The notes under the pieces were generated by a model. The model saw only the letters and a program-made list of their open reading frames with translations, was not told the DNA's origin and searched no databases. Below, one piece after another: positions 8,961 through 19,496 of a DNA stretch of 64,000 bases. Both the position numbers and the translations under genes were made by a program. The stretch covers positions 384,001 through 448,000 of the forward strand of contig CAXXLX010000002.1 of the NCBI GenBank assembly GCA_963665235.2. The letters are read 5' to 3'. The stretch's first letter is position 1. Each line of letters starts with the position of its first letter. Source of the DNA: Candidatus Poribacteria bacterium. Its GTDB lineage: Bacteria > Poribacteria > WGA-4E > WGA-3G.

Positions 8961-10349
8961 ATGGCCCGAAAAACCGATAAACCGAACGTTCTCTTTATCA
9001 TGTCAGACCAGCACAGATACGATTATTTGGAAACGGTTGAAAACGCACCGCCTGCGCTCAACACGCCGAACTTACGCCGGTTGACAGAAATGGGGGTAAG
9101 TTTTCCCTACTGCACCACGAATGCCCCTGTCTGCGCGCCCGCACGAATCGGACTCGCCACCGGAATACAACCCGCTCGATTAGGGGCATTAGACAACAGA
9201 TGCTTTCTCCCTTCAACCGTGCCAACCTATTATCAGCAGCTGCGTGACCACGGTTATCGCGTCGGATGCGTTGGCAAACTTGACCTCGCTAAACCTGATG
9301 GTTATAATGGCCGATACGGCGACCGGCCCCGAAGCTACAGCTGGGGATTCACGCATCCAGAGGAGTGTGAAGGAAAGATGCACGCCGGCCGCTCCGCAAC
9401 ACCTATTGGGCCCTACACACATTATCTTCAGGAAAAAGGACTTTTAGAGACGTTCCATCAGGATTATCGCAAACGTTCCTCCGGCGGCGGCTGGATTAAA
9501 GGCGGCTCCTACGATTCTGTCCTTGCAACCGAGGATTTTGAGGATACGTATATCGGAAGGCGCGCGACCGAATTTATTGAAAATATCCCTGACGATTTCC
9601 CGTGGCACCTATTCGTCAGTTTCGTCGGCCCACACGACCCGTTCGACCCGCCTACTGAATACGGTGATAAATATCGGCAAGCGGAGATGCCCCCGCCTAT
9701 CGACGATAATATGGAAGGAAAACCGGTATCCGCACGCAAACGCGTGGTTAATCTCACCCCTGAAGAGGTTACAATAACGCGACGACAATACTGCGCAGCA
9801 ACCGAACTGATTGACTATCAAATCGGCAACATGCTGCACGCCTTAGAACAGCGCGGCATGCTTGACAATACCTATATAATCTATTCAAGCGACCACGGCG
9901 AAATGCTCGGCGACCACGGGCTTTACACCAAAAGCGTCGCTTATGAGGCATCGCTGCGGGTTCCGCTCATCGTGGCAGGCCCAGGAATAGAGGGCAATCG
10001 TACGGAAACGGGGTTAGTCGAACTCATCGACGTGAACCCAACGATATGCGAATTGGTTGACGTGCCAGCCGCTGAGAATATGGATGCACGCTCAATTGTA
10101 CCGGTCCTGCAAGGCAAAACGGAAACACATCGGACAGAAACGGTGAGCCGACTCCGAAACTTCAGTTGCATACGGACAGAAACACATAAACTCATCGAAA
10201 ACAGCGACGGTTTCACCGAATTGTATAACCTAATAGATGACCCGGATGAATTGCACAATATTGCCGAGACAGACCAGGAATTGGTGACAGAATTGCGGTC
10301 GCGCATGGAGAGTCGATATGGGCCGATGCTTGTCGAGGAAAACGAATGA
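8961..10349 (+). CDS. sulfatase (formylglycine-dependent)
   Basis: PNVLFIMSDQH, CAPAR, GPHDP, SDHGE. Confidence 0.9.
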   Translation: MARKTDKPNVLFIMSDQHRYDYLETVENAPPALNTPNLRRLTEMGVSFPYCTTNAPVCAPARIGLATGIQPARLGALDNRCFLPSTVPTYYQQLRDHGYRVGCVGKLDLAKPDGYNGRYGDRPRSYSWGFTHPEECEGKMHAGRSATPIGPYTHYLQEKGLLETFHQDYRKRSSGGGWIKGGSYDSVLATEDFEDTYIGRRATEFIENIPDDFPWHLFVSFVGPHDPFDPPTEYGDKYRQAEMPPPIDDNMEGKPVSARKRVVNLTPEEVTITRRQYCAATELIDYQIGNMLHALEQRGMLDNTYIIYSSDHGEMLGDHGLYTKSVAYEASLRVPLIVAGPGIEGNRTETGLVELIDVNPTICELVDVPAAENMDARSIVPVLQGKTETHRTETVSRLRNFSCIRTETHKLIENSDGFTELYNLIDDPDELHNIAETDQELVTELRSRMESRYGPMLVEENE

Positions 10350-10954
10350 AACCGCCGGTAACAGGTATTATCTTAGCAGGCGGAAAAAGCAAGCGGATGG
10401 GGAAGAATAAGGCGTTGCTAAAACTTGGCAACGATACACTCATCGGGCATGTGATTCGTCGGGTACGGCCCATCACGGATGAGCTCCTGCTTATCACGAA
10501 GAGCCCTGATGAATATGCACATCTCGGTCTCACGATGCATGAGGATATCGTTCCGCATGCGGGCGCGTTAGGGGGCATTCATGCGGGATTAACATACGCG
10601 TCACATGAGACCGTTCTCTGCGTCGGCTGCGATACTCCGTTTTTGGTGCCAAATCTGCTCACCTATCTCATCACCGTTTTGGGGCAATATGATGCTGTAA
10701 TGCCTTATACGGAGGGCTCTGATGACAATAAGTCAACGCTTCAGACGTTATGTGCTGTGTATGCCAAACATTGTCTGCCGATTATTACGCAGATGCTCAA
10801 AGAATCGGAGTTGCGTGTCCACGCGCTACACGAACGTGCAAACGTGCTGTGTCTATCACCTGAAATTTGGAACGTGTTTGATTCGGAGGGGGTATCTTTT
10901 TTCAACGTCAACACCCCCGCAGATTTTGAGAAGGCACAAAGTCTTTTTAGTTGA
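10346..10954 (+). CDS. mobA: molybdenum cofactor guanylyltransferase
   Basis: ILAGGKSKRMG.NKA, GALGGI, CDTPF, FFNVNTP. Confidence 0.9.
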   Translation: MKPPVTGIILAGGKSKRMGKNKALLKLGNDTLIGHVIRRVRPITDELLLITKSPDEYAHLGLTMHEDIVPHAGALGGIHAGLTYASHETVLCVGCDTPFLVPNLLTYLITVLGQYDAVMPYTEGSDDNKSTLQTLCAVYAKHCLPIITQMLKESELRVHALHERANVLCLSPEIWNVFDSEGVSFFNVNTPADFEKAQSLFS

Positions 10955-11054
10955 CCCTATTGCGTTATCTAGAAAGAGAATGAAGACAACTATTGGCAAA
11001 AAGGTATAAGTAGCAGTGATATAAGCGAAACATTCTGATACGTTTTTCATATTA

Positions 11055-11327
11055 TACCATTTTTATTAATTATTCTATCATTACCGGTTGTTAGAAATCA
11101 AACGGAGAACGGAAGACCCAAACTAAAAGTTTATGCTACAAGAAAGCACAAACTGGAAGTTTATGCTACAAAAAACACACAAACTGGAAGTTTATGCTAC
11201 AAAAAACAACACAAACTGGAAGTTTATGCTACAAAAAACAACACAAACTGGAAGTTTATGCTACAAAAAACAACACAAACTGGAAGTTTATGCTACAAGA
11301 AAGAGACATTTTCAATTAGAAATGGTA
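11055..11327. mobile_element. MITE (TACCATTT/AAATGGTA ends, TTA flanks) with internal ~30-32-bp tandem repeat x6
   Basis: second copy at 44789-44968 has only 3 units. Confidence 0.75.
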
Positions 11328-11544
11328 TTACTATAGACCAACTAAAATGAACAATTAAATCATTATAATGTCTAATATTCTTGCTATTTTTAGGAGCATT
11401 TGTTATACTAATTTAAAGAGTGCATCTCTATCAGCTGTTTTTTCAGAGTTTCTTTAATCCGGTCTTTTACAAAAACATTCGGTTATTAGCTACCATTCCG
11501 AAGGTAGTAGGCACACGTCGCTGTGCCGTTTCGCGGAGGATAAT

Positions 11545-14500
11545 ATGAATACAAGGGAAGGTTACGCGGAATTACAAGCAAAAATTTTAGCTGCACGACG
11601 CTTATGGAAACGGAGTCTGTTCTGGACAGGCTTCGCCATCGTGATGATAGGAATTTTGGTGCTGTTAATTGGCGAATCGGTCGTTGATGTGCTGATGCCG
11701 CTGCCAAGTCCTGTGCGCGTGGTACTCCTTGCAGCCGTTATCGGTGCAACTGTCTACCTACTTTATAAACACCTAATTCTACCGGTGCGAGCATCGCTCA
11801 CACTTCGGGATGTCGCGCTCAACGTTGAACAAAGCCACCCGAACCTTGAAGATAGGTTAGTGAGTGCAGTGCAATTCGGGGACCGCGAGTCGGATGACCC
11901 TATTGAGGCGCACATGCTACAACGCCTCCTTGAAGATACCACAGAACGGGTTAAGGGTATCGACTTCAAAGCGACAATTGACCACAGCCGCGCCCGAAAA
12001 TATATAGGCATAATGACCTTAGTCATCGCAGCGTGTGGGCTGCTCGCTGTCCTGTTTCCCACTGAAATTCAGACGAGTCTTATGCGATTGCTTGTTCCGT
12101 GGGAAAAAACCGAGCCGGTTTTGACGACCAAGGTAACCGTCGAGCCGGGGAATGCACGCATTCTACGCGGTAAAAGCCTGCCTATTAATGTCATCGTCAC
12201 CGGCAAATCTGCCGAAAAGGTCGTCCTCACGTATCACGATAAGGATGCACCGCCGCCTACGGAAACGGAAGGCACGGAAAGCAGTGCACAACAGATTAAC
12301 ATGGTGCAGAACCCGGACGATAAACGCGGGTTTACCTATGAAATCTTCAATATTGACGCGGATATGGAATACTACGTCGTAGCGAATGAGACAACATCCG
12401 AACGTTACACGGTGGAGGTTTTCGAGATGCCGCGCCTAGTGGACATCTCTGTCTCGTATACCTATCCTGAATATACAAACCTTAAGCCGGTTGTGCAACG
12501 GGGCAGCGGAGACATTAAGGCGGTCGTCGGTACAACTGCCGAGATAAGAATCACGACCAATAAAACTGTCCAGAAAGCGACTTTCACGCATCACAGTTCA
12601 GAAACGGCCCCTGAAACAGCGAACGGAGACGCAGTAGCCCAAGATGACCAAAGTGAAACTGAACAAGCAGCTGCACCCAGCTCTTCAGAGATGATTATTG
12701 CTGATGGAAATGTCCTGACAACAACTGTAGCGGTTCGTGAAGATGGGAAATACGCCGTTGAACTGCTCTGTATTGATGGGTTCAACAACGAAGTCCCGAT
12801 TGAGTATGCTATTAAAGCCATCCCGGATGCTGCGCCCAAAGTTGTTATCAAAGAACCCGGGCGCGATGTCAAGGTCACAAAATTAGAAGAGGTAAAAATT
12901 GTCGCTGAAGCCACAGACGACTACGGTGTAGAAAAACTAAACCTGATGTATCGCATCGGGGCAGGCGAATTAAAGGAGCTCGTTCTAGAGGCTACAGGTG
13001 AACCTGTATCGGCCGACGCGAATTTGGAATTGGGTAAACACCTCCGCTCCGGCACTTATACCTTCTACTTGGAGGAATTTGATATTGAACCGGGGGAGGT
13101 CATCTCCTATTATGCACACGCTGTAGACAATAACACGCTTACAGGACCGGGGGAAGCGAGCAGTGAGATTTATTTCATAGAGATTAAACCTTTTAATCAG
13201 CGGCTTGAACAGGGGGAGCCCTCCGAAAACGGAATGCCGAATCCATTTTTGGAGTTAATCGCTTCCCAGAAGGAAATTATTCGGGAAACCTGGAAGCACA
13301 TTAACATGCAACCGCCTACGGTTACAGAAGAGTACAGCGCGGCAGTTAAAAGCACCGGTAAGAAGCAATCTGACCTGAAGGATAGAACGCAGCAACTAAC
13401 CGATCAGCTCAGTATGGCGATGCAAGAAGCACAAATCGCTCCAGAAATTCTGATGAACCTTGAAGAGGCAATTGATAAAATGGGAGAGGCGACTGACGAA
13501 TTGAATGCTATCCAACCTGGGGATGCTATCCCACCGGAACAAGCTGCCCTTGAACTGCTCAATAAAGTCAACATTGAATTTCCGAAAATGCTTAGCCAAG
13601 CTAGAGCGTCACAACCGCAACTCGCTGAAAACTTCGAGTTGGAGATGGAAGAGCTGCAAAACGAACTGGAGCAGAATCAGGAAGAGCTTGACCAGCAGAT
13701 GCAGGAACAGACGCAGCAGATGTTAGATCAGGCACGTCAGATGCTGGAACAACAGCAAAATCTGAATGAACAGAGCCAACAATTGGGCAGAGAAGAGCAG
13801 CCATCCCAGAGCGACATGCAACAGAACAGTCAGCAGCAGGGGCAGTTGTCGCAGCAGGCACAGCAGATGTCAGAACAGCTCGGTCAAATGCAAGGCAGCG
13901 CGCAGGGCAACCAAGGACAACGCCTAGAACAGGCTGGACAAGCGATGCAACAGGCGGGTGAACAGATGCAGCAAGCCTCACAAGGGATGCAACAGCAGCA
14001 ACCGCAACTCAGTGCTGCTAAAGGACAAAAGGCAGAGGAGCGGCTTGAAGAGGCTATTGAACAGCTCGAAAGAGCCTCCGCAGAATTCACGGAGGATGCG
14101 TTGGCACGTGCCACCGAACAACTTCAGCAGTTGACGGCAGAGCAATTTGATGTCCAACAGCAAACGCAGGAACTGCGAGATAACGCGCAGCAATCCGGCG
14201 GAATGCGTGACGAGGATTACCAAAGAGCCTCTGAACTTGCCAATGAGCAACGGGACCTTCAACAGGACCTTGAATCGCTTGAAAACGCATTGAGCAACCT
14301 TCAGGAACAGCTTGACCAAAACAATCCTGAAGCTGCCCAAAATGTCGCCGATGCATCAAACCGACTCTCGGAGGAACAGACCTCAGAGGATATGTCAACA
14401 GCACAACGTGCGTTGCAATGGCGGAGCTTACAGGCTGCTGACCTAAATCAGCAAGAGGTCATCGATACGCTAGAGGAGGCACAAGCCGATTTACAGCAGG

Positions 14501-15102
14501 CAAGAGCCAATATGGCAAATACTGAAGAGGAACAGCTTGAAGCCGCTCTCGAACAGGTCCAAAGCTTTGAAGAGCAGGCGCAGGACATCCAACGCGAACT
14601 CGAAGCGATGGAAGGGCAGGAGCAGACTGAAGCGCAACAGGAACGCCAACAGCAGCTTGCTGAACAGCAACAGCAGCTTCAGGAACGGATGCAGCAGGCA
14701 CAGCAAGCTATGCAAAATGCACAGGAGGGACAACAACCCGGACAGGAAGGGCAGCAACCCGGACAAGGGCAGCAACCCGGACAAGAAGGACAACAGCCCG
14801 GACAGGAGGGACAACAGGAGGGTGAAAGTGAACTCGCGCGAGGCGGAGCTGAATCCAACCAGCGAATTCAGGAATTGTGGCTCGGAATGCTTGATACGAT
14901 GCAGCATCGCCCCGGAAATCGTACACGGCACTTCCCAAACTACGAACTCGTCATCCGAGACCTCCAGAAATTGGAATCCGCCCTAGAAGACCGACTCAAT
15001 ACGCTTCAAGAGAAAAAACGGTTGGCACAAGTTGCTAAGGAGGATGTCCCTCCTGAATACCGTAGATTCGTTGATAATTATTATGAGTCGTTATCCAAAT
15101 AG
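11545..15102 (+). CDS. DUF4175-like membrane-anchored, Gln-rich coiled-coil protein
   Basis: N-terminal TMs, A.DDYGV, long Q/E coiled coil, QQPG repeats, VPPEYR.V..YY terminus. Confidence 0.8.
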   Translation: MNTREGYAELQAKILAARRLWKRSLFWTGFAIVMIGILVLLIGESVVDVLMPLPSPVRVVLLAAVIGATVYLLYKHLILPVRASLTLRDVALNVEQSHPNLEDRLVSAVQFGDRESDDPIEAHMLQRLLEDTTERVKGIDFKATIDHSRARKYIGIMTLVIAACGLLAVLFPTEIQTSLMRLLVPWEKTEPVLTTKVTVEPGNARILRGKSLPINVIVTGKSAEKVVLTYHDKDAPPPTETEGTESSAQQINMVQNPDDKRGFTYEIFNIDADMEYYVVANETTSERYTVEVFEMPRLVDISVSYTYPEYTNLKPVVQRGSGDIKAVVGTTAEIRITTNKTVQKATFTHHSSETAPETANGDAVAQDDQSETEQAAAPSSSEMIIADGNVLTTTVAVREDGKYAVELLCIDGFNNEVPIEYAIKAIPDAAPKVVIKEPGRDVKVTKLEEVKIVAEATDDYGVEKLNLMYRIGAGELKELVLEATGEPVSADANLELGKHLRSGTYTFYLEEFDIEPGEVISYYAHAVDNNTLTGPGEASSEIYFIEIKPFNQRLEQGEPSENGMPNPFLELIASQKEIIRETWKHINMQPPTVTEEYSAAVKSTGKKQSDLKDRTQQLTDQLSMAMQEAQIAPEILMNLEEAIDKMGEATDELNAIQPGDAIPPEQAALELLNKVNIEFPKMLSQARASQPQLAENFELEMEELQNELEQNQEELDQQMQEQTQQMLDQARQMLEQQQNLNEQSQQLGREEQPSQSDMQQNSQQQGQLSQQAQQMSEQLGQMQGSAQGNQGQRLEQAGQAMQQAGEQMQQASQGMQQQQPQLSAAKGQKAEERLEEAIEQLERASAEFTEDALARATEQLQQLTAEQFDVQQQTQELRDNAQQSGGMRDEDYQRASELANEQRDLQQDLESLENALSNLQEQLDQNNPEAAQNVADASNRLSEEQTSEDMSTAQRALQWRSLQAADLNQQEVIDTLEEAQADLQQARANMANTEEEQLEAALEQVQSFEEQAQDIQRELEAMEGQEQTEAQQERQQQLAEQQQQLQERMQQAQQAMQNAQEGQQPGQEGQQPGQGQQPGQEGQQPGQEGQQEGESELARGGAESNQRIQELWLGMLDTMQHRPGNRTRHFPNYELVIRDLQKLESALEDRLNTLQEKKRLAQVAKEDVPPEYRRFVDNYYESLSK

Positions 15103-15162
15103 TTCAAGGGTTATATGGCCTAATCGCCATTAGCCAGAAACTTGCCTGCAAGCGGAGGGACA

Positions 15163-15963
15163 ATGATTCAAAATATTGTTAAACCCGGTGATAGTATCTG
15201 CTTGAAAGAGTATGATGCGGACTACACGGGGGTTTATCAAAAAAAGGGTGAAGTGAAACGCCCGTTGAAAGAACTACAGAAGCAGCTACTGGAACTTCAG
15301 GAGCTGCTTTACGCCGAAAACAAGCATGCCCTTCTCATTATCCTGCAAGGCATGGATACATGCGGAAAGGATGGCACCATCCGGAAGGTAATGGCCGGTG
15401 TTAATGTACAGGGATGTGATGTCGTGAGCTTTAAAGTGCCTACATCACAGGAGAAGGCGCGCGACTTCTTATGGCGTGCACACAGAGTCGTGCCCCGGAA
15501 GGGGCATATCGGCATTTTCAACCGTTCACATTATGAAGATGTACTCGTCGTAAGGGTGCATAGCTTGACAGAAAAATCGGTCTGGGAGCAACGATACCAG
15601 CAGATTAACGATTTCGAGAAGATGCTGGTCGAAAACGGCACGGTCGTACTGAAATTTTTTCTCAATATCTCAAAAGACGAACAGAAAGAACGGCTTGAAG
15701 CCCGAATTAACGACCCGACAAAACATTGGAAAATCACCGAAGCGGACATTCGCGAGCGCGCCTATTGGAATGATTACATAGAAGCTTACGAAGCAATGTT
15801 CCGTAAGTGCAGTACCGACTGGGCCCCCTGGTATATTATTCCAGCGAATAAGAAGTGGTATCGAAACCTACTCATTACCGAATGCATTGTTGAAACCCTT
15901 AAGAAGTTGGACATGCAATACCCGAAACCTGCTTTTGATATTTCAAAGCTTGTCGTGGAATGA
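15163..15963 (+). CDS. ppk2: polyphosphate kinase 2 family
   Basis: QGMDTCGKDG, FNRSHYEDV, PANKKWYRN. Confidence 0.92.
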   Translation: MIQNIVKPGDSICLKEYDADYTGVYQKKGEVKRPLKELQKQLLELQELLYAENKHALLIILQGMDTCGKDGTIRKVMAGVNVQGCDVVSFKVPTSQEKARDFLWRAHRVVPRKGHIGIFNRSHYEDVLVVRVHSLTEKSVWEQRYQQINDFEKMLVENGTVVLKFFLNISKDEQKERLEARINDPTKHWKITEADIRERAYWNDYIEAYEAMFRKCSTDWAPWYIIPANKKWYRNLLITECIVETLKKLDMQYPKPAFDISKLVVE

Positions 15964-15981
15964 AACGATGGGGTACATCTG

Positions 15982-16761
15982 ATGCTTTCAACCGAACAGT
16001 TAAAACAATTTGAGGAGATGGGGTATCTGCTCCTTTCCGATTTAATTCCGAAGGAGCTCACCGTAAAAGCGGAGGAAGCGATGTGGCATCAGATGGGTAT
16101 GGATGCAGAAGACCCCGCCTCCTGGGAACATTTCAAACGTCCACATCTTGCCGGTTTCTACATAGACAAATTGGCAAACGGCAAACGGCTCGAACTTTTC
16201 GGCGTAACGCATCCGGATGTGTTAGCGTGTTGTACGCCAGAATATCTCGCTGTTCTCAAGCAGCTTGCCGAAATATATCCGGCTATTCTGCACTGTAAAA
16301 GCCAATTTCCTGATGGCATTTGGGCGATGAATCAATTCCCTGTTGCCGCGGAATGGAAAACCCCATCGCCTCACCTGGATGGAGACTTTAGGGATTTCCG
16401 ATTAGACCCCGGTACATTTCGTGCAACGAGCATCACATACCTCACCGATGCCAATTCGCATCAAGGTACAACGGTGATATGGCCCGAGGGGCCGCAGCGG
16501 ATTCGAAAGTTCCGCAAAAAGAATCCTAAGTTCTCCAATCACGTTCGCGACATTCGTGCCCTGTTTCCAGAGATGGATTTAGGCGAACCGATGGAGGTCG
16601 TTGCAAGACAGGGAGATACCCTGTTTTTCCATCATCTATTACCGCATTCCGGTACGATAAATGCGGGAACGTACCCGCGTTTTGCAATACGTTACATGTG
16701 TTTGTGTCTCAATTGCCGCGCTTGGCAGAAAAAGGGGGAGTGGAATATCTGGATGCCTTAG
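15982..16761 (+). CDS. phytanoyl-CoA dioxygenase (PhyH) family
   Basis: HLD, GD.LFFH..L.HSG, R triad. Confidence 0.8.
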   Translation: MLSTEQLKQFEEMGYLLLSDLIPKELTVKAEEAMWHQMGMDAEDPASWEHFKRPHLAGFYIDKLANGKRLELFGVTHPDVLACCTPEYLAVLKQLAEIYPAILHCKSQFPDGIWAMNQFPVAAEWKTPSPHLDGDFRDFRLDPGTFRATSITYLTDANSHQGTTVIWPEGPQRIRKFRKKNPKFSNHVRDIRALFPEMDLGEPMEVVARQGDTLFFHHLLPHSGTINAGTYPRFAIRYMCLCLNCRAWQKKGEWNIWMP

Positions 16762-16888
16762 CAAGCAAAGACACACCAGCATTCCGTAACCCCTTACAGG
16801 CGGGCTCGTAGTAGGGAAACCATTCAGGGTTCCCCTCGATTACCGAAATATTTATTTAAACTTCATTAAACCCTTCGAGGAGGAAACA

Positions 16889-17668
16889 GTGAATCAAAAC
16901 CAATATCGAACGAAATTAGAATGCGCAACGATGCGCCTGTCATTTATGATTATCATGCTATCCCTTGTTACCGGTCTCTTTTCTGGACAAACCGCGGTAG
17001 CACAGAATATTTTAGTCCAAACCGGCTTTGAGGAATTCACGCTCGGTGAACCGCCAAAAGATTGGTCGGTAAGAGGCAACGGGTTTCAGGTCACCGATGA
17101 CACTGTCAAAACCGATGAAAAATCGCTCGCTATCCTCGGCGGTGCCAACGACGACAGGGTCGGGGTTGCTATTGAGACTGAAAATCCCATCATCTCGGTT
17201 GAATTCTGGGTTTATATTAAGGGAGAAGGACGTGCTTTCAACCTCAAAGTTGTCTCGGATGACAACATCGCACAAAACGATGGGGGGGTTTATGTCAATT
17301 GGAACGCAAACGCTATTCGCCTCTACAATGGCTCCGCTTGGGTGGCAATTGATGACTTTCAATTTGAAACATGGAAATACGTCCGGGTTGTCGCTGATGT
17401 TAGCAAAAGCACATTTGATTACTATGTCGGAGACGACAGGGACAAAGCACTGCTCGCTGACCCCAAAACGGACCTCGCTTTTCGAAAAGCAGCCGTAAAT
17501 CCGGTCGCGAAATGGGTTGTGTTTCACGTGTATTCGTCTGTCGCGCAGGGGTACGTAGATGATTTGCTTATCTATGAAGGCGGAGAACCGCCAGCCGTTA
17601 CACCTGTGAACCCGAAGGGAAAACTTGCAACGTTCTGGGGGCAGGTTAAGAAACACGGCGCGTTTTGA
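16889..17668 (+). CDS. secreted beta-sandwich protein with C-terminal GKLATFWG tail
   Basis: signal peptide; tandem paralog of the next gene. Confidence 0.7.
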   Translation: MNQNQYRTKLECATMRLSFMIIMLSLVTGLFSGQTAVAQNILVQTGFEEFTLGEPPKDWSVRGNGFQVTDDTVKTDEKSLAILGGANDDRVGVAIETENPIISVEFWVYIKGEGRAFNLKVVSDDNIAQNDGGVYVNWNANAIRLYNGSAWVAIDDFQFETWKYVRVVADVSKSTFDYYVGDDRDKALLADPKTDLAFRKAAVNPVAKWVVFHVYSSVAQGYVDDLLIYEGGEPPAVTPVNPKGKLATFWGQVKKHGAF

Positions 17669-17697
17669 TAGAGTCGAAACGCCCTAAGGAGTGTATA

Positions 17698-18489
17698 ATG
17701 AACCAAAATGGATGTCGCCGCACGTTAAAATCAGCAACCAGCCGTACGACGAATTGTTTTAGACATGTGCTCTTAGGCATCGCGCTTGTTCTCAGCCTCA
17801 TTTCAGTAGAAACGACACGTGCACAAGAGGTGTTTATTCAAACCGGCTTTGAGAAATTCGCGCTCGGTAAACCCCCAAAGGATTGGGAGGTCAGAGGCGG
17901 CGGGTTTGAAGTCACAGACGATATTGTCAAGACCGACAAAAAATCGCTCGCTATCCTTGGCGGTGCCAACGACGATAGGGTTGGAGTCGCCATCAAAACC
18001 CAAAATCCTGTCATCTCAGTTGAATTCTGGGTTTACATTAAGAGCGGCGGCAGGTCCTTCAATCTCAAAATTGTCTCCTCTGACAACATCGCACAAAATG
18101 ATGGGGGGGTTTATATCAATTGGAATGCAGACGCTGTCCGCCTCTTCGATGGCGCAGCCTGGCAGCCGATTGACGATTTTGATACGGATACATGGAGATA
18201 CGTCCGGGTTGTCGCTAATGTTGAGGAAAGTACATTTGATTTCTATGCAGGAGACGATAGAAACAAAGCATTAGCGGATAGAGGCAAAAAAGGGCTCCCT
18301 TTTCGGAGAGCTGCTGTGGCACCTGTTGCCAGATGGGTCGTTTTCCATGTGTATTCCATATCTGCCCCCGGATATGTAGATGATTTGTTCATCTACGAAG
18401 GGGACGACCCCATAAACCTTGCCGTCGCGCCTACCGGAAAACTCACGACCGCCTGGGGACATATCAAAAGATATTCCTCATTTCGGTAA
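17698..18489 (+). CDS. secreted beta-sandwich protein with C-terminal GKLTTAWG tail (paralog)
   Basis: long identical blocks shared with 16889-17668. Confidence 0.7.
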   Translation: MNQNGCRRTLKSATSRTTNCFRHVLLGIALVLSLISVETTRAQEVFIQTGFEKFALGKPPKDWEVRGGGFEVTDDIVKTDKKSLAILGGANDDRVGVAIKTQNPVISVEFWVYIKSGGRSFNLKIVSSDNIAQNDGGVYINWNADAVRLFDGAAWQPIDDFDTDTWRYVRVVANVEESTFDFYAGDDRNKALADRGKKGLPFRRAAVAPVARWVVFHVYSISAPGYVDDLFIYEGDDPINLAVAPTGKLTTAWGHIKRYSSFR

Positions 18490-18502
18490 AAGGAGAGTCA
18501 TT

Positions 18503-19318
18503 GTGGACAACGGAACAGTTCATCTAACACCTGCACAACGGTTGCACTTCGATATCTACGGTTTCGTCTTATTAGAGAACGTTCTCAATAACGACGAAAT
18601 CCACCGGATGAAAGATGCACTCTACAGAATCAAAGCCGATGAAAACCTTGATGATAAAAGGGTCTATGCCCGTTGGCACGGTGAACACCATGTGCAATTA
18701 GGGAATCTTGTTGAATACGATTCCGCACTGTTGGACTATGCGGTGCATCCCAAACTTGTGCCACTCGTTGAGGAAGTTGTCGGCGGCGGGGTACGACTCG
18801 AGGAAACCGAAGCCATCATTAACAGACGAAATCCGGACGTAGATGTGGGAGCACTTCACAAACGCCGCTATAATCCAACCGGCTTCCACCGCGGAACAAA
18901 ACACGGTTGGGGCACCTATATGGAACAGAACAAATTTCACTGCATCTTTGTGAAGACGCTCGCCTACCTAACAGATGTCGGCCCCGATGATGGCGGCACA
19001 TGCGTCATACCGGGGAGTCACCGCTTAACGTGGAATCAAAACGAAATGATCGAAGCGGCCTTAGCCGATGATAAACTTATCCATCAAGTTGAAACATCAG
19101 CAGGCTCCGTCCTACTTTTCGCAGAATCCCTCGTTCACAGTACAACTGCTATCCGTAGCGATAAGGAACGGGTCATTCTCATTGCAGGCTATACGCCGCC
19201 AATGGTGCGTGAATGGCCAGGTTGCGAGATTAGTCCTGAATTCATTGAGACGCTCCCCGAAGAAATCCGTCCCCTTGTCTCTGGAAGCGACAGTTGGCAT
19301 TGGAAACGACGCTATTAA
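18503..19318 (+). CDS. phytanoyl-CoA dioxygenase (PhyH) family
   Basis: YLTDV...GGT.VIPGSH, AGSVLLF.E.L.H; GTG start after AGGAG. Confidence 0.8.
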   Translation: MDNGTVHLTPAQRLHFDIYGFVLLENVLNNDEIHRMKDALYRIKADENLDDKRVYARWHGEHHVQLGNLVEYDSALLDYAVHPKLVPLVEEVVGGGVRLEETEAIINRRNPDVDVGALHKRRYNPTGFHRGTKHGWGTYMEQNKFHCIFVKTLAYLTDVGPDDGGTCVIPGSHRLTWNQNEMIEAALADDKLIHQVETSAGSVLLFAESLVHSTTAIRSDKERVILIAGYTPPMVREWPGCEISPEFIETLPEEIRPLVSGSDSWHWKRRY

Positions 19319-19496
19319 AGAGCTACAAAACTGGGGTGGGTAAAGTTTTTGTCAAAAGGATGGGGTGGAAGAGTGGAAGAGTGGAAGCGGAAGAAGTTGT
19401 CTAAATTGCAGATTGGCGTGGATTGCGCAGATTTTGCGGATTTTTCAGAGCCCTCTTTCTCTTGCTAATGGTTTCCAACAGCCAACAGCCATATTT

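Noticed and set aside
11113-11300. CRISPR-like array
   Set aside because: Units are contiguous with no unique spacers and lie inside a MITE.
13396-14986. Many antisense and alternate-frame ORFs
   Set aside because: Shadows of the low-complexity Gln-rich gene.
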